A stretch of 63,695 nt of DNA, counting the filler, from Folioceros fuciformis (taxonomy: Eukaryota), in NCBI GenBank assembly GCA_049999805.1. It is 7 parts of 7 records of this genome, joined end to end, with 100 filler letters (N's around TTAATTAATTAA, not from the genome) between each part and the next. Parts side by side here need not be neighbours in the genome. Positions count along the whole stretch, not along the records: positions 1 to 16,429 come from JBNGIO010001927.1; 6 more parts are not named here. The stretch is one strand, 5' to 3'. Shown one piece after another: positions 1 to 13,524 of this stretch (positions are counted from its first letter, which is position 1; every line of letters starts with the position of its first letter). The notes under the pieces were generated by a model. That model made no database searches. It had not been told where the DNA came from and worked only from the letters and a program-made list of their open reading frames with translations. The position numbers were made by a program, and so were the translations under genes.

Positions 1-1210
1 CCCCCAAACCACCAAGGGCCAAGGACACTCTCACACCCACTTCTCCCCAGTCCTGTCACTCAATCCTATCAAAACACCAAGGGCCAAGGAGACTTTGGGT
101 ATAAATACCCAGGTCTTATTTACATACTAAGCTGATCTACTCGCAATCTCACAAAAAAAACCACAACCTGTTCATTCCGTCCTTCAAAATGGGATACCCA
201 AAACTTTTTTTCCTCTACACTAGGGCAGGAGCAACATCACCACTGACATCCTCGTCTGAGGATCCATTTTTGTAGTTGTAGGGTGGCATGTTGCGTGCAA
301 GTCTGCTTTTCTTTCTATTAGCTAGTTCTAGTTTCGCAATGCACGCATGTTCTCGATTTTCCAGTCTAAGGTTGCTTATGAAGGGAGTAAAGCTATATTA
401 GTAACGAAGCCCGGGGGCCATCCAGAGTGATGGCCACCGAGCATTGTGGCCAATTGTAGATGTTACCCTTCGTAAATAACAACAACCCTTGGATACAAGG
501 AAAAAAATTAGAACATAGCTAGACACTTGCTTAAATCATGGTGGCTATGATACCATGTGAAAATCCTAAATTTTTGGGCATTTATGGGAGGTTGTTAAAG
601 CTTGCTGGAGATCGGACAGGATTGTGGTGAGTGAAAATCCTAGTAGTTGGATTGCATCTAGTTTAGCATGATCGAGACGCCATGCTCAAAAGATGTCTCG
701 TGGTAATCTACAGAAGGTGTATACAAAGTGTGTCTTAAATAGGGTCATTAGGTGTCTCTTACGAAGAGGCACACCCATTTGTAATTACTAGACATTATTA
801 ATTACAGTCTACGGTAACTAGCTGGGTTATGGGCAGATTAGGGTTACGGGCAGATTATCCATTCCGTAACATGGTGGATTACTAAGAGATTGCCGGGGAT
901 TTGTGGACATTGCCAGAGGATTGGAGGCCTCTGGCTCCAGGCTTGTGAAGAGCGAGGGTGCATCAAAGTTTTGTATGTGTGGAGAGACTTGAGTGTGTGT
1001 GTGAGGAAGCGTGGCTGATCCACGGGGTCTTGTCCTCCAAGGATCGACATTTGCACGTGTGGAAAGCATCTAATAAGACTAGATCGGTGAGTCTAGACGC
1101 CTCGGGGCAGGAGCCCACATCAGGACCCCGCGGTGGCGTATGCGCCAGGAAAATATTAGTTAGGGGTCGGGGTGGGTCCCTCCACTGTCGTGGAAACAAC
1201 TACCGGTCAC
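1..1210 (-). mobile_element. Decayed LTR-retrotransposon 5' end (PBS plus adjacent LTR; right boundary uncertain)
   Basis: GCTATGATACCA at 544-555 reads TGGTATCATAGC on the minus strand, a tRNA-iMet-type PBS. It directly abuts TGTG at 556, which is an LTR ...CACA end on the minus strand. No intact ORF. Confidence 0.5.
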
Positions 1211-1545
1211 AGAAATAGTGACTACGATCGTGGAGTGGGAACCAAAGTTGTAGAGTAGGGTCCATGGTAGCTAGGTTAACTGGGGTAGTAGTAGTGAGCG
1301 GGTAGGCAGTAGAAGCGGCAATAGGAAAGTCTTTACTTAGATAAGAGTCAATAGTAGTAGAAGTCCACGTTACTTGGCACAAATCATTCCCTGGTGTCCC
1401 CGAACACAACATTTCACTCCACACCCACCTACATCCTTCCGGACTGACTGGGTCTTCTTGCTGTAGAAGTGATGTACAATCTTCCTTCTTGAAGTGTTCG
1501 CTTCCATCAATGGTAGGTATACTCCCTTCCTTCTTTGTAGGTGGT

Positions 1546-3905
1546 CGTGGACTCCACATGCCGAGCAGGTCCCGGGAAAATGATAGGATTTCTTTTTTTT
1601 GAAATCTCTGAATGAATCCTATAGTGAAATGGTTAGAAGATTAGGTTAGATTAGTAGCTAGATTAATGGTGAGTCAATAGGGCCTAGGAGGGTGTGTGGT
1701 AGATAGACACGGGCTCCAGTTCCTCAGTAGAAGAGGAACAAGAACCCTAGAACGAGTCATGGGAGATGCTAGTGGAAGAGCCGGGGCTCTCTCTGGCCGA
1801 TGCTAGTGGAAGCGGGAGACGGGGATAGCGCTGCCTGGGTCCGAGGGTCTGGGAGTAGGCGGTCACGCAAGGAGGGCCTAAGGTTGTGGGAGCATCAGAT
1901 TCGGGGAAAGCTAGCCAGCCGGATGGCCATGTAGGGGGAGCGTCAACTCAGGGTAAGTAGGCTAGAGGGTAGCCGGATGAGAAATGGGCTGGCTGTTCGG
2001 CTAGCCTCACTGGTCGGCTGACTTGACCTAGGTGAGACTGGGCAGTGGCGGCTGAGGCAGAAGGTATAGGAGACTGATTGGCTGATCTAGCCAGGCTACT
2101 TGGTGGATCCAGTCGGGCGGTCAGGCAGACGGCTGGCCGAGGGAGGAGTAGGCAGTAGCCAGGTAGGCGACCTGGCTGCTGGCAGGCCGCATGGCCAGAC
2201 CCAGGCCGAGGTCCTGGCCGGAGCTGCGAGGCAATCAGCCGAGTAGGCCGCCGGAGCGCTGGCGGGATGCAAGCTTAGGCAGCCAGGCTTACGGGTTGCC
2301 TGCAAGCCGGGGGGTAGCCTGGCCAGGTAGGCAACCGGGCTGATGGAAGGCGGTCCTGCAGGTCCAAGCTTTAGGCCGGTTGGTGGATCCAGCCGGGCTA
2401 GACAATAGACCAGGTTGGAGCTCAGAACAGGCCGGGGAGGCTGGGGGCCTGGCTGGCTGGCCGGGTTTGGACCAGCAGCCCGACGACCAGGAGCGGCCGG
2501 GTTGGCCGGAGCTGGATGACTTGGGAGTCCACAGAGGCAGAGCAACCAAGCTAAGTCCGGGCAAAAGGCAGAAGAAAGGTGACGGGTTGCTAAGGGGTCT
2601 TGACAACCTCGAGCTTGGGACGGATGCATGCGGGCTAGGTAGAATCCAGGCAACGGCCGCCTGGTTGTCATAACCAGGTAGTCACTGGCCTGTTGATGGC
2701 GTGGTAGGATCCAGAGGCCGAGTAGTGAAGTGCCTAGCTAGATCGAGAGGTGAGGGCCTCGGGCTTGTCGATTGGGCAAGGCTTGGTGACTAAGGATGTC
2801 CTGGCGGGTATGACCACAGGTGGAGGGCCAGTAGACTGAGCCGCCAACAGCCAGGCACCTTGGAGGTGGGTCGGCTGGTCAATCCGGAAGGCTGGCTGGT
2901 TGGCTGGCGAGCTAGGTGACAAACGGATTCGGGTGCCAATGCCAAGCTAGAACGGCTGATCGGGCGGCTTAGCTGGTCACAGTTGGGAGCAGAGCAGCGA
3001 GGTTGGAGCCAGAAGCAGGCCAGGCTAGAGGCAGCACCGAAGCCTAGCCGGCGTGGATGAGGTGGGTTGCAGGACCGATGCGTCAGGATCAGCTCCGGGG
3101 CTGTGGCAGTCCAGAATCAGGATGCAAGGCAGGCTGGCTTGTAGGCACCTGGACCGATCAGTAGCAGGTCGGCGGGGCGAGCAAGCTGGCTGGAGTCTAG
3201 GCAGGCGACCTGGCACCAGATCAGGCGAGCCACGGGGGTCTAGCAGTTTGGTCGGCTGGATGGGCTGTGGCTAGCTAGTGGTCTGGCTGCCCCATGACCG
3301 AAGTGGTACAGGGGGTGCCGGCTGATGACAAGTGACCTTGCAGGTAGACAACCGGCAATGGCTGGCGGGGCCGGTGGCTGGAGGATTCAATGGGCTAGCA
3401 GGCCGGAACCGGAGGCCAGCAGCGGCCCAGTTGCTTGTGGCTGGTCGGGGTAGAATCGGGTAGCCAGGCTGACTGGCTGGACCCTGGCCCATCGGCAACC
3501 TGGCTAAAGCAGGGCAGGCTGGCCAATGCTTCAGGCTGGGCTAGTCGTGACCGGAGGAAGTCGAACGGCGGTGAGGCAAGATTCAGGCAGGGTGGCAAAA
3601 TGGCGAAGTTAGATTTGGGTTGGTCTGACAGGATGGCAGGCAGTTGAAGTCAGGCGATCCAAGTCCGCCAGCAGCTGGACCGATCGGCAAAGGCAGATCT
3701 GAGCTGGGCGGTGGGGCTGGCTAGCCGGCCGATTCTGGAGCTAGGTGGGCGGGTCAGCAAGCTGGGTGCCTGGACGAGACAGGCATGGCCGGTGGTCGAG
3801 CCAGCAGCGGCCAGCTGCTGAGGAGCAGCCAGGCCTCGCAAGTGGCTTGACAGGTGGCTGGCTGGCCGGAGGGAAACTTGGTTAAGAGGGAAATCGAGGC
3901 CCACG
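1546..3905. repeat. Interspersed repeat: shared terminal segment followed by about 2 kb of G-rich degenerate low-complexity sequence
   Basis: 1546-1673 closely matches 47262-47389 (GTGGACTCCACATG...GATTAGTAGCTAGATTAATGGTGAG). About 1880-3870 is built from GGCTGG/GCCGG/CTAG motifs with strong G strand bias. The right boundary is a guess. Confidence 0.55.
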
Positions 3906-4210
3906 ACCCACTTTTTTTTTCTTCTCTTGTTCCCTCAACTCCTTTCACCTCTCTAGGACACTGTAAAGACATCGCTCAGCGGATGACTCCCACTCCTACA
4001 AATGGTCCCCATTCAAGTGGCCAGACTCTCTTTTCCTCCCATCGCCCCATCCACTCCGTCTTTGCTTCCTCTCACAGTGTCTTGTCTGACCCACATCGGA
4101 CTCTAGACACGCCGACTCTCTCCACCCTGACTTACAGGCACCCCTATGCCTGCCTCTATCTCCGTCCTTCTCCTCCATTCTACAATTGGTCCGCTGGATT
4201 TGTTCTTACA

Positions 4211-4630
4211 GAATGCCTAGTATTCCTTGGCCAAATCATCTGGTGCCCCTTAAAGTGATGGGAAGGAATGCATGTTGCTTGGCCAAATCATCTGGTGCCC
4301 CTCAAAGCAATGGGAAGGAATGCTTGTGGCTGGGCCAAATCACATAGTGACCTCAAAAGCAATAGGAAGGAATGCATGTTGCTTGGCCAAATCGCTTAGA
4401 GCCCCCAACACTAATAGAAAGGAATGCCTATTGATTGGGCAAATCGCCTAGTGGCCCCCAAAATCAATAGGAAGGAATGCTTGTTGTTTGGCCAAATCAT
4501 CTGGTGCCCTCGAAAGCAATAGGAAGCAATAGTTGTTGCTTGGCCAAAATCATTTAGTGCCCCCAAAAGCACTAGGAAGGAATGCTTGTTGCTTGGCCAA
4601 ATCATCTAGTGGCCCCAAGAGCAATAGGAA
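4211..4630. repeat. Minisatellite, about 52-bp unit x about 8
   Basis: Recurring GAATGC..GTTGCTTGGCCAAATCATCTGGTGCCCC..AAAGCAATAGGAAG at about 52-bp spacing. Confidence 0.9.
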
Positions 4631-5130
4631 CAAATACATATCACCTACCATACACATAGCTGAGGGTGCATGGGCTCATGATGTCCCAAGATGTCTTGGT
4701 ATCCACCAAGGTAACTATGTAAGATGCCCATTTATAAGCAGCATACAAGTATACAAGGCTTTGCATTGTAATTATGTGAAGAGTTTTATTTACAATTTTT
4801 TTGGCTCTCTAGTATTTAATTTTATTATATTATTAACGAATTTTCTTAGCTGTATGTTGCTAGACTAGGTTTTTTTCTTATCGATGCCCTTAAGTACATA
4901 TTATATTATGTATGAATTTAGGGCTTGATTAGTTGCATTAATAAATGAAGAGTTTGTGGGAGAGCACTTGGTCCGGTGGTCTTAAGATTGCAGGCATTGA
5001 TGGTTTTTAGGAGAGGGTCCGGAACACCACGGGTGCGGCTAGGCCCAGGCGCAAAAACACAAACACGAGCAGGGTCGCCCTTTGCCCTTTGGGGATGCGA
5101 TCCCTCCATATGACTCAGGCCTGATATCCT

Positions 5131-8100
5131 ATGGCTCTCCTGCTGGTGAGCGAGGATGAAGATGCCTTAGAAATGGAGGAGGACACGGAACTTGAGGAAG
5201 GGGAGGCAGGGATGTCTCCCTTGGTGGATCCAACGGGCTTCTCCTCCAATATAGTAAGCTCAGGCGCCCAGTGCGCGCCACGAAATGCGTGGTCTCCATC
5301 TGCTGCTGTCCTCAAGCTAGCTGTGGACTGATGCAAGCATTGCCCCCTCCTATCCGGTTTTGTGTGCAGGATGAGAGGCTTGAAACAGTACTCGGGGAGC
5401 AGCAACGCCAGTTTTTCAAAGCTCGTGTGGTGGATGCCGCACAATTGGGTATGTTGTGCAACCCCGTTGTCATCGATTGAGTGATAGAGATGCTTCTTAA
5501 AGCGCGCGATTGCTCCTATGCTGGAGTCGCGGTCATGTGAAGCGTTCATTTGGCCTTCGAGGTTTTCCTTGAGTTTCACCTTGAAACCTGGCAGTGGTGA
5601 GGGCAGAGAGTTTGCACAAGCTGACATGCTGCCTCCACGCAGTTCAGCCTGCTAAAGCATGGCATCCAAAATGTGTCCTACGGGTGGTTGTTTTCTTGCT
5701 CCTGTGAGCTCATGTACCCGGGCAGACGCGCTTCCTGTGTTTGGAGAAGTCTTGTCATGAGCTTGGGTCTCGCTGAGACAGAATTTTGACTTTGACGTCC
5801 TTCTGTCTTAGACTAATAGGCAAGATCCTTTACGTTTGTTGGAATTCTCATTGACAACTTTTGGTCTCTTCCTGCCTGCAGGAGCTAAGTATGGTGTGTA
5901 CGGTTCCTTCCTGCCTACTCAAGTCAGGATGCCTTCGGTTTTTGCGTCCCAAGCAGCTGACGGTGCTACAAGCAGACGCGCTTTGCCTGACGCTCATGTG
6001 GAGGTAAGATCACCTGGGGCTCATGCTTTCAGCCATGTTGCCAGAGGCCCGTTCCTGTGAGTAGCTTGTGGCATTGCTAAGCATTACCAATGCTTGGTAT
6101 GGAAAGATGTGATTTGTAATTGGGGTCTGCCTCATTTCAGACCATCAGGCCTCAGAGGAACGGGTCCAAAGTGCCTGGCACCAGCAGTGGGTCAATACTT
6201 GTTGGGAATGCTGAGGGGCCTCCCAAGGGTAATGGGTCTGTTGAGAAGCCTGAGTCTCTCAAAGCTCCTCCACTTACACTTCGAATCAAGATGGGACAAA
6301 ATGCTAAAGAAGCCAGTCAGAAGAACATCGTGGCTCTGTCTAATAAAGACTTCGGATCGGGACCAGATTCTGGGGTTGATCTTGGCCCCAGTCCTGATAG
6401 GAGTCCGATGTCAATGATCCAGGTCAGCTTGTGAGTCTGGGATTCGTTTTTGGTCAGATTCTTGGCTTCAAATAACCGTTTGGTTGTTTGCAATGATCTT
6501 CTGATGCCGCACTCTTTTGTGGCAGGCCATGACACGCTATCTTCCCGAGGGAGGTCTTATTTCACCTCTATCTCAATTCTTATGTGACCTTCCGAAGGAG
6601 TTGCTAATGGTCCGGGATTTGACATCTGAGACACTGTGGATCGGTCCTTCTTTTAAGGCAGATAGTCACCGCGTTGACCAGAGAATTGAAAATGAATGCC
6701 AGACAGGGGATTCTATTCCGGAACAACAGAAGGCCACTGGCAAAGATACTGGAAAACAAATAAAGGTATCTGCTACCATCTCTAGAGCTTATTTAAAATC
6801 AGACCTCAAAGGAGAGCAGAGAGATGGGGATGGTCGGGCCGAGAAATACGACCTGGGGACATTGGCTGAGTCTGGGAAAAGAAGCGGTAAAGAGATGCTT
6901 TCTACCAGGGATTCATCAAGACCTGGGATTAAGCGAGTGCACTTAGATACACATGCTGAGGATGCAAGCGGGGCAGGTTGTAGCAGCTTGGGAATTAGTG
7001 TATATAAGCAGGTGGGATCGTCAGATCTTGTGAAGGCGAAGGATTCTGGGAGGGGGTCAAAGGTGCCCCTTGAACACAAAGGTGACAGGCAACATGAAGC
7101 ATCTAGGCCGACGCAAAATGATGGTCAGTCAGGCCAAGTATCTGTAGCAATGGTTTATGAAGAGAAGGAGAAGGTTGCTGCGAAGGACTTAAATGTGGCA
7201 GCTCGGAAAAAGCCAAAGCTGTCTACCAAAGGTAGTGCGTCTGTGAAACAAGCAAGCAAAGAGTTATCAGCTGATGCTTGCAACGAAGCATCTAATGACC
7301 CTGTTGTGGAGCCAACTTATCGGTCCTTGAAGGGAAAGGGATTGCTGAGTGACAGCAGTTTAAGGAAAACAAGCTCTTCTCAAGACCTTCTCGTGGACTT
7401 TCCCAAGTCGCAGAAAGACCTGATCTGGTCACCTTTCCATGCGGAATACCCAGAACACAAGGGCAGACGAGAAATCACTGAAGTTGTCGGAGTCAAGGAT
7501 AGTTCGAGAGGAGTAAAGCCAAAGAAGAAGGCAAATAAGGAATTGACGGTGTCTACACACAAGGAGGTAAGGAATTGACCGTTTCTTCACACAAGGAGGG
7601 TAATAATTATGCACATGCCGAAGTGGACATGGCTGTTGACCTTGCGTTTTCTGAGCAGGCCACGAGGATCCATGGTGGGCCTGCACCTTTGGCTCATGCT
7701 TTTGAAGGCGGAGAAGCAGGTGGTCCTCCAATTGTGGTTTCTTATGACCAATGGGTGTGCTGTGAGGCTTGCGAAAAATGGCGCCTTGCTGTTCCCTGGG
7801 TTAAGGTTGACGACCTCCCGAATAATTGGAAGTGTGAAATGATGTACTGGCTGTAAGTCTTTGTCCCAGTGCAGATTATATAGGCCTCCTGCTTCTCTTT
7901 GCTCAGTGGATATTTGGGGCTCAAAACTCTTTCCTTTTCTCTTTTGTCTTGGCTGTGTATCTCTTCACGTATTGTTCTCTTGTGTGTTCTTATTGGTGTC
8001 TTGTGTGATCTCAAGCAGACCGGACAAGAACGACTGCTCTGTGGAAGAAGAGGTGACAACAGCTGCTGTTTATGCACTCCTTGGAGTGGCTCCTGTAATT

Positions 8101-11100
8101 CCGGGTGGCCAAGTCGATGCTGGGCCATCTCTACCACAGTCTGTCCCTCTGCTTAAAGACACAGCCTCTGGAGAAGAGGGCAAGCTAGGCAAGACAAAGG
8201 TACCTTTGCTTAAGAAGGGTACCACTGTAAAGGCGTCCCCTGGGAGTGGGACTGCAGTGACACTGGTAAAAAGGCCCGATGGCGCCTCCATGAAGCCTAA
8301 GAACCTGAACGGTGCAGTACAGCAACCTCAGGATCTTGCCCCTGTTGGTCGACATCCAAATGTACCTAGGAAAGGGGATTTGGGGCTTTCAAAGGTGGAA
8401 ATAAGAAAGGAACAGCCTAGACGAATTCTGGGTATTGAAGGTACTTCGTTGGTGGGCATGCTGGAAGTCAATCTCTGTTTTTATTTGACGGTTGCTGCAA
8501 GTTTGAATGCCGTGCAATTCTGCTGCATGTGCCATGTCTGGGTTGAATTGACATGCCATATAGATCTAATATGTGTGTTTCTTATAGGTGAGGAATCCCG
8601 TGCAACAAAAGAGCGAGTCAGAAAGGAGGAGCTAACTGACTTGTCAGTGGAGGACACTGATTCCTCTTGCAGAAGTGGAGCTGAAAAACATGGACACGTG
8701 ACCCTGCCAGGCCAAGGAAAGAAGGACATGCCGAAAAGGTGTAAAGATTCACAGAAGAGAAAATCCCAGAGTAAAAGAAAGACGGAAGTTGCTGAGAACT
8801 CTGCAGAGGTCCCGCTTGCTAAGAAGGGGAAGTGTGAGATGTCGAGGAGTAAGGAGCTTGGTGGAAGAGTGCAGGACGATGCTGTGCATCCTTCACCCAT
8901 GCAAAATGAATCTGCTGAAGATGCCGAGCATTCTCGGAAGATGGCCTGTCCATCCAGAAGAACTGTCACTGTGTCAAGGATGAAAGAGGCCTCAAAGGGC
9001 TCCAGTAAGGCTATTGAAATGGCAACAGACTATGATGACAGGTCCAACAAGGAAGCATTGCCAAAGGATGCAAAGCATTCCTCTGGAACAGGTGGAGACA
9101 AGGGATGCATCAATGATCGGCGATCTCTGAAGGAAGAAGGTAGTGAATCTCAGCCAAGGTCTGGGAAGAAGCGAAAAGTTCCAATGGCAGAGACCAGGGA
9201 TCTTGATAATGTGAAGAGCTCGAAAAGGAGAACTCTTTCTAGCTCTCAACAGGAGGCTGTACAAGAAGGTCTTGTTTCGCAGCAAGTGCAGGACTCTGAT
9301 GATCCTGGGAAGGCAGGCAGCAAGATACAAACCGTCAGCAGAAGTCGGTGTGAGGCAGGAAATGATATTGAGGGGCAAGGAATGTCGACCTCAACCAATT
9401 TGAGGTTTTCTAAACCTTCGTCATCTTCAAAATCATCAGCGAGCCTGTCTAAAGGGAGAGGGTCTCCAATTGAATCTACGGTGTCTTCCTCTCCCTTGCG
9501 CTCACCCAAAGCAGATGATAGACTGGGCCGGGAGGCTGAGTTGGCTGTCGACAAGATGGATACTCATTACCTTCCTTCACATTCAAGTCCTAAAAGGTCC
9601 GTTGACCGTGCAGCTGATGCTCATAGTGACCGATCAGGCCCAGTTGGGCAATCACATCGGTCTTGGGATGATAGGCCCCTATCTTCGGATCATGATCTGG
9701 AGTACAGAGGATCAGGGCGGGATGTGAATATTGGCAGGGGTAGGGAGGATCGCTATCCCAGCGGTGGGGATGGCTTCCGTCGTACTTGGAGGGATGATGA
9801 GCGGTATTGGGATGACCACAGGGATGACCGTGGGGGCAATGTAGCCTATTTCACTGAGCGCCATGAGAGAGTACATGAGGATAGATACAGAGAGCGTGAA
9901 GGCAGTTTGGACAGGTACAGAGAGCTCTCTAGGGATGGTCGATATGAGAGACAAAAGGGCAGGGATGACAGATTCCGAGACAGGGATAGAGACCGAGAGC
10001 GAGACCGTGATAGATTGCGAGAAAACTGGCCATCAGATAGAGGGGAAGACAGGTATGGTCGAGAGCGGGGTGCCAGGGAGGACTGGGCAAGGCCATCCTC
10101 TCGGGAGAGTAGACTTGACAAAGTTGGGGGCTCCCATTGGATTGAGTCCAGTAGAGAGCAATTGCGTGATGAAAGGAGGGCGGAAGATGGAACGTGTGAT
10201 GGCAAACATGATGTGAAGTCCAAGAGTCCTGGTCGAGATGTTGGACAGCAAGATCCGGAGGGGAATTCTTTGCAGCAGCCCAGTGATTCAAAAGGTTTGA
10301 ATCAGAAACAAGACAAGAATCTTTCCAAGTCAGTATCCAGTTGGCAATCTCCTTTTCGGGGTGGGATGCATTGGGAGGGTGACAGGAGAGTCTTGAGAAA
10401 AGATGTTGAAGCAGGTTTGGGGAGGAATGCTGCCGACGTTATACCTAGCGTGGACGCCGTTCTCGAAAGTGGTAAGGGCATTCGGATCAAGGGTGACAGC
10501 TCTGCAGCTGACACCTCAAAACGTAGCAGAGAGCAGGTCAGAAGTATTGAAGACGCCACTCAATCTAGGAAACTTCAAGGGAAGGGGGCTGCTGGAATCA
10601 CCCAACCGGGCAAAGACTCAGAGGGAGCAGCTGGAAGTCATGCAAAGGAGCATACTCAGGCAGTGAGTTCAGCTATTGCTGCACAACGTGAGGGTGCGGG
10701 TTTGAAACACAGTGCTGACCGAATGAAGGTTAGCCCCTTCCGCTTGGGTGAGGCTGAACAGTCATAAAGGGAGCAAATAACAGACTTACAGACAGATGAC
10801 AAATAACAGTCGTATTTAAGCAAAATGAGAGAGGTTGAAATGCTGACAGGAATCGTTTGTGTGTTCAGCATCTTGGGCAGGAACGTGAAAGCACGGACCT
10901 CTATTTGCGAGCAGCATTGAAGTTTTTGCAAGCAGCATATCTGTATGAGCCAGTGCATGCAGAGGCTGCAAAGCTGGGAGAGTTTACTCTCTCGATCAAA
11001 CTGTATCAGGACACTGCCAAGCTATGCGAGTAGGTTTCTTTTTCTTTAGTCTTGGCATGACACTGATGTTGGAAGGAGGTCTGCTGATGTTGGTCATTGC

Positions 11101-12062
11101 TCCTCATCTGGCAGGTACTGTGCTAGTTCATATGAACGAGGAGGACCAAGAAATCTCCCAGCTGCTGCACTTGCATACAGGTGTGCAGCGGTAGCCCGTA
11201 TGCAAGTTTTGATGGCGAAGAAAGAATGCTCCATTCGGGATCGTCGGGAACTCCAACCCTTGCTCCAGCCAACGACTCAAGTGGCAGGGTTGCATACAGG
11301 ACGAGGTGGTGCAGAGAACCCTTCGCTGGCTCTTAACGCTGCTGCAGGTAACATCATGTTCGCTTAACTGATATGATAGAGATGTTGATCGTTGGTCATA
11401 TGGATTTCTAAGGTTGCAAGTGGACTGTGATGCATACTACTGTCTTGAACGGTAATGGTGGAGTGGGTCGAGCAGAACTATGTTTTTTTGTTTGTAACAG
11501 GTATCTAGTGCTGAAGATGAACAGCTGAATGATCGGCTCTTTCTGCAGATGGATCACCGTCCTCATCGTCTGCATCAGACGTAGATAACCTCAATATGAC
11601 TAATCAGTCTTCAGGAGGTGAAAAGGGACCATGCATAGATAAAGGATCTGTGGTGGAGCCCCCTTTGCCAATATCAGCCACACCAAGCGGTTATTCAATT
11701 TCCGCCCATGCGCAGCAGAGTTTGACTCGAATGATGCAAGATGTACACTCTAGCTCCGACTCTGTCCTTATGGGTGACGTTATAGTTTGTGTTAGACTTT
11801 CCTGCCTTGATGCCTTGCTGGATGAGTTATCCTTGCCTTACAAGGGGAATGTTGTGTCTTACAGGCCGCTGACGTGCATGCTGCACTGGAAGCGCTGGGC
11901 AAGGCGGCGCAGGCTACAGCTGCTGCAATAGCGGGCTGTGCTAGTGATGCTGAATTGGAGGCCATGAACGCTGTGAAGAAGGTCGGGGAGGATTTCTGTT
12001 TTGGTGATTTGGAAGCTACTATTCGGCTGGTGAGATTGGCCTTAGAGGCTATCGATCATTGA
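5131..12062 (+). CDS. CW-type zinc finger protein (CW-ZF3/CW-ZF7-like), 12 exons
   Basis: Predicted exons with GT-AG borders: 5131-5253, 5370-5448, 5882-6003, 6141-6422, 6526-7566, 7659-7852, 8019-8440, 8588-10728, 10869-11029, 11115-11347, 11549-11742, 11865-12062. Family motifs: MEEDTELEEGEA, DERLETVLG...LGAKYGVYGSFLPT, CW domain WVCCEACEKWRL...WKCEMMYWLPDKNDCSVEEE, LKHSADRMK, LYLRAALKFLQAA, SPSSSSASDVDNLN, LVRLALEAIDH*. Confidence 0.9.
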
Positions 12063-13524
12063 TCGCCGCATTGTGATGAAAAAAGGTCTTTTCAATTATC
12101 ATTGGAGCGCCAGGATCTATATTTTATGTGTTGCTGCAAAGATGTTCAGGGGCTCCTGGACTATGTACTCAAATCGATTTGTGTGATATCTCATGTAATT
12201 CTTTGTTCTTGGAAATTGTCTGTTAATCTCTGACCGTGGGCCCTGACGTTCGGAGCTGATTTATGAGTTACATTTTCAACCCCCCTTTCAAACTGAGAGC
12301 CTACCTTCCTGCGGGACAGCGTTGTCAGCGTTGGTTTTCAGTAGACCAAGGGACAGGTTCTTAGCAAGACAAAACAGGTGTCCTGAGTAGTAGAATATAC
12401 AACATAAGCGTTAGTAACAGTCAGTATGAGGCGTGGTGTGAACATTTCGAGGGGTAGCACAATAATGATCACATGATCACTAAGAGGCAGGTCGAGGATA
12501 GCCCAACCAACATCATTCGGCCAGCATGAAAGGTACTGTGAGCACCATCAGGGCAAGTAGGCGGCTTGAGTGGTTATATATTTCTTCCCAAGTGAATTGG
12601 GACCAAGAATGAGATCTTCCAATTCCCCTCCATATCTTGGTTGGGAAAACTCTTTCTGTCGTCCTTTTTCTTCCTTCACGTGAGAAGGTAGCAGAAAGCC
12701 TTATTTCTTGTTTGCTGTTAATCAAGAACTTCTCCAAGCTTGGATTTGCCTTATGCGAATAGAAAAACTTTGGTGTATATGTTTAAGGTAGTTAAAATAT
12801 CCTACAAACCCCCACAAGTACTAAGAAGAAAATATCCACAACACAAACCTCTTGGCCATTACCTCCAATAAAATTGCCTCAAAAAAGGTAAGCAAATTGA
12901 TACGAAGGTTTTCAAAGGTTGTAGCTTGCAAATGCCTCATGGAAGTCCTTCAGAGTATGGGAAGCCACCACTACACACACGTCTAGTCTTCTATGAGCAA
13001 GATGATGGCTCAAAATAGGGGAAATTGACACCTAGCATTGACCGACCTCTTTGCATTGCAAATCTCCACTATTGCAATTTGGAGCACTAGGCCGTGAGAT
13101 GTATAGATTGGCAACACAAACCAAGGCAAAGAAATAAAGAAACCTGTGTGTAGGCAGAACCTTAAGTTGGAGAGATGGCAGAGTTGTTGAGTTGGAGAGA
13201 TGGCAAAGGTGTTGAGCTAGAGAGATGCCGATTCAAGAAGTTATGTCATATTGAAAACAAACTACACATCAAGGCTTGCTTACTTCAGTCTTCATAGGCA
13301 TCACGCTGCAAAATGTGGTAGTAGTGATGAAAGCTTACAACCACTTAGCAACCTCAATCAAAGAGAATTCCGTTCCCCAGAAACACACACAAGAACCACC
13401 TTGCAAGAGTCCCTTTAATCCCCAACCAAAGGTCAGGATCTACATGTGCTCTTGGTGTCAATGCTGCTAAAGGAGGTGCCATTAGTTTTGGTGCAATAGA
13501 CCCCATCACTCAATATGACAGTCA

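Noticed and set aside
2096..2671. Pro-rich ORF as an extensin-like gene
   Set aside because: It is a by-product of GC-rich low-complexity DNA, with no signal peptide or SPPPP motifs and similar ORFs in several frames.
4211..4630. CRISPR-like array
   Set aside because: The whole unit is repeated with no unique spacers, there are no cas genes, and the context is eukaryotic.
7861..10767. 968-aa ORF as a standalone protein
   Set aside because: It is two CW-ZF exons plus read-through intron sequence; the hydrophobic, Cys-rich stretches at 7861-8018 and 8441-8587 are introns.
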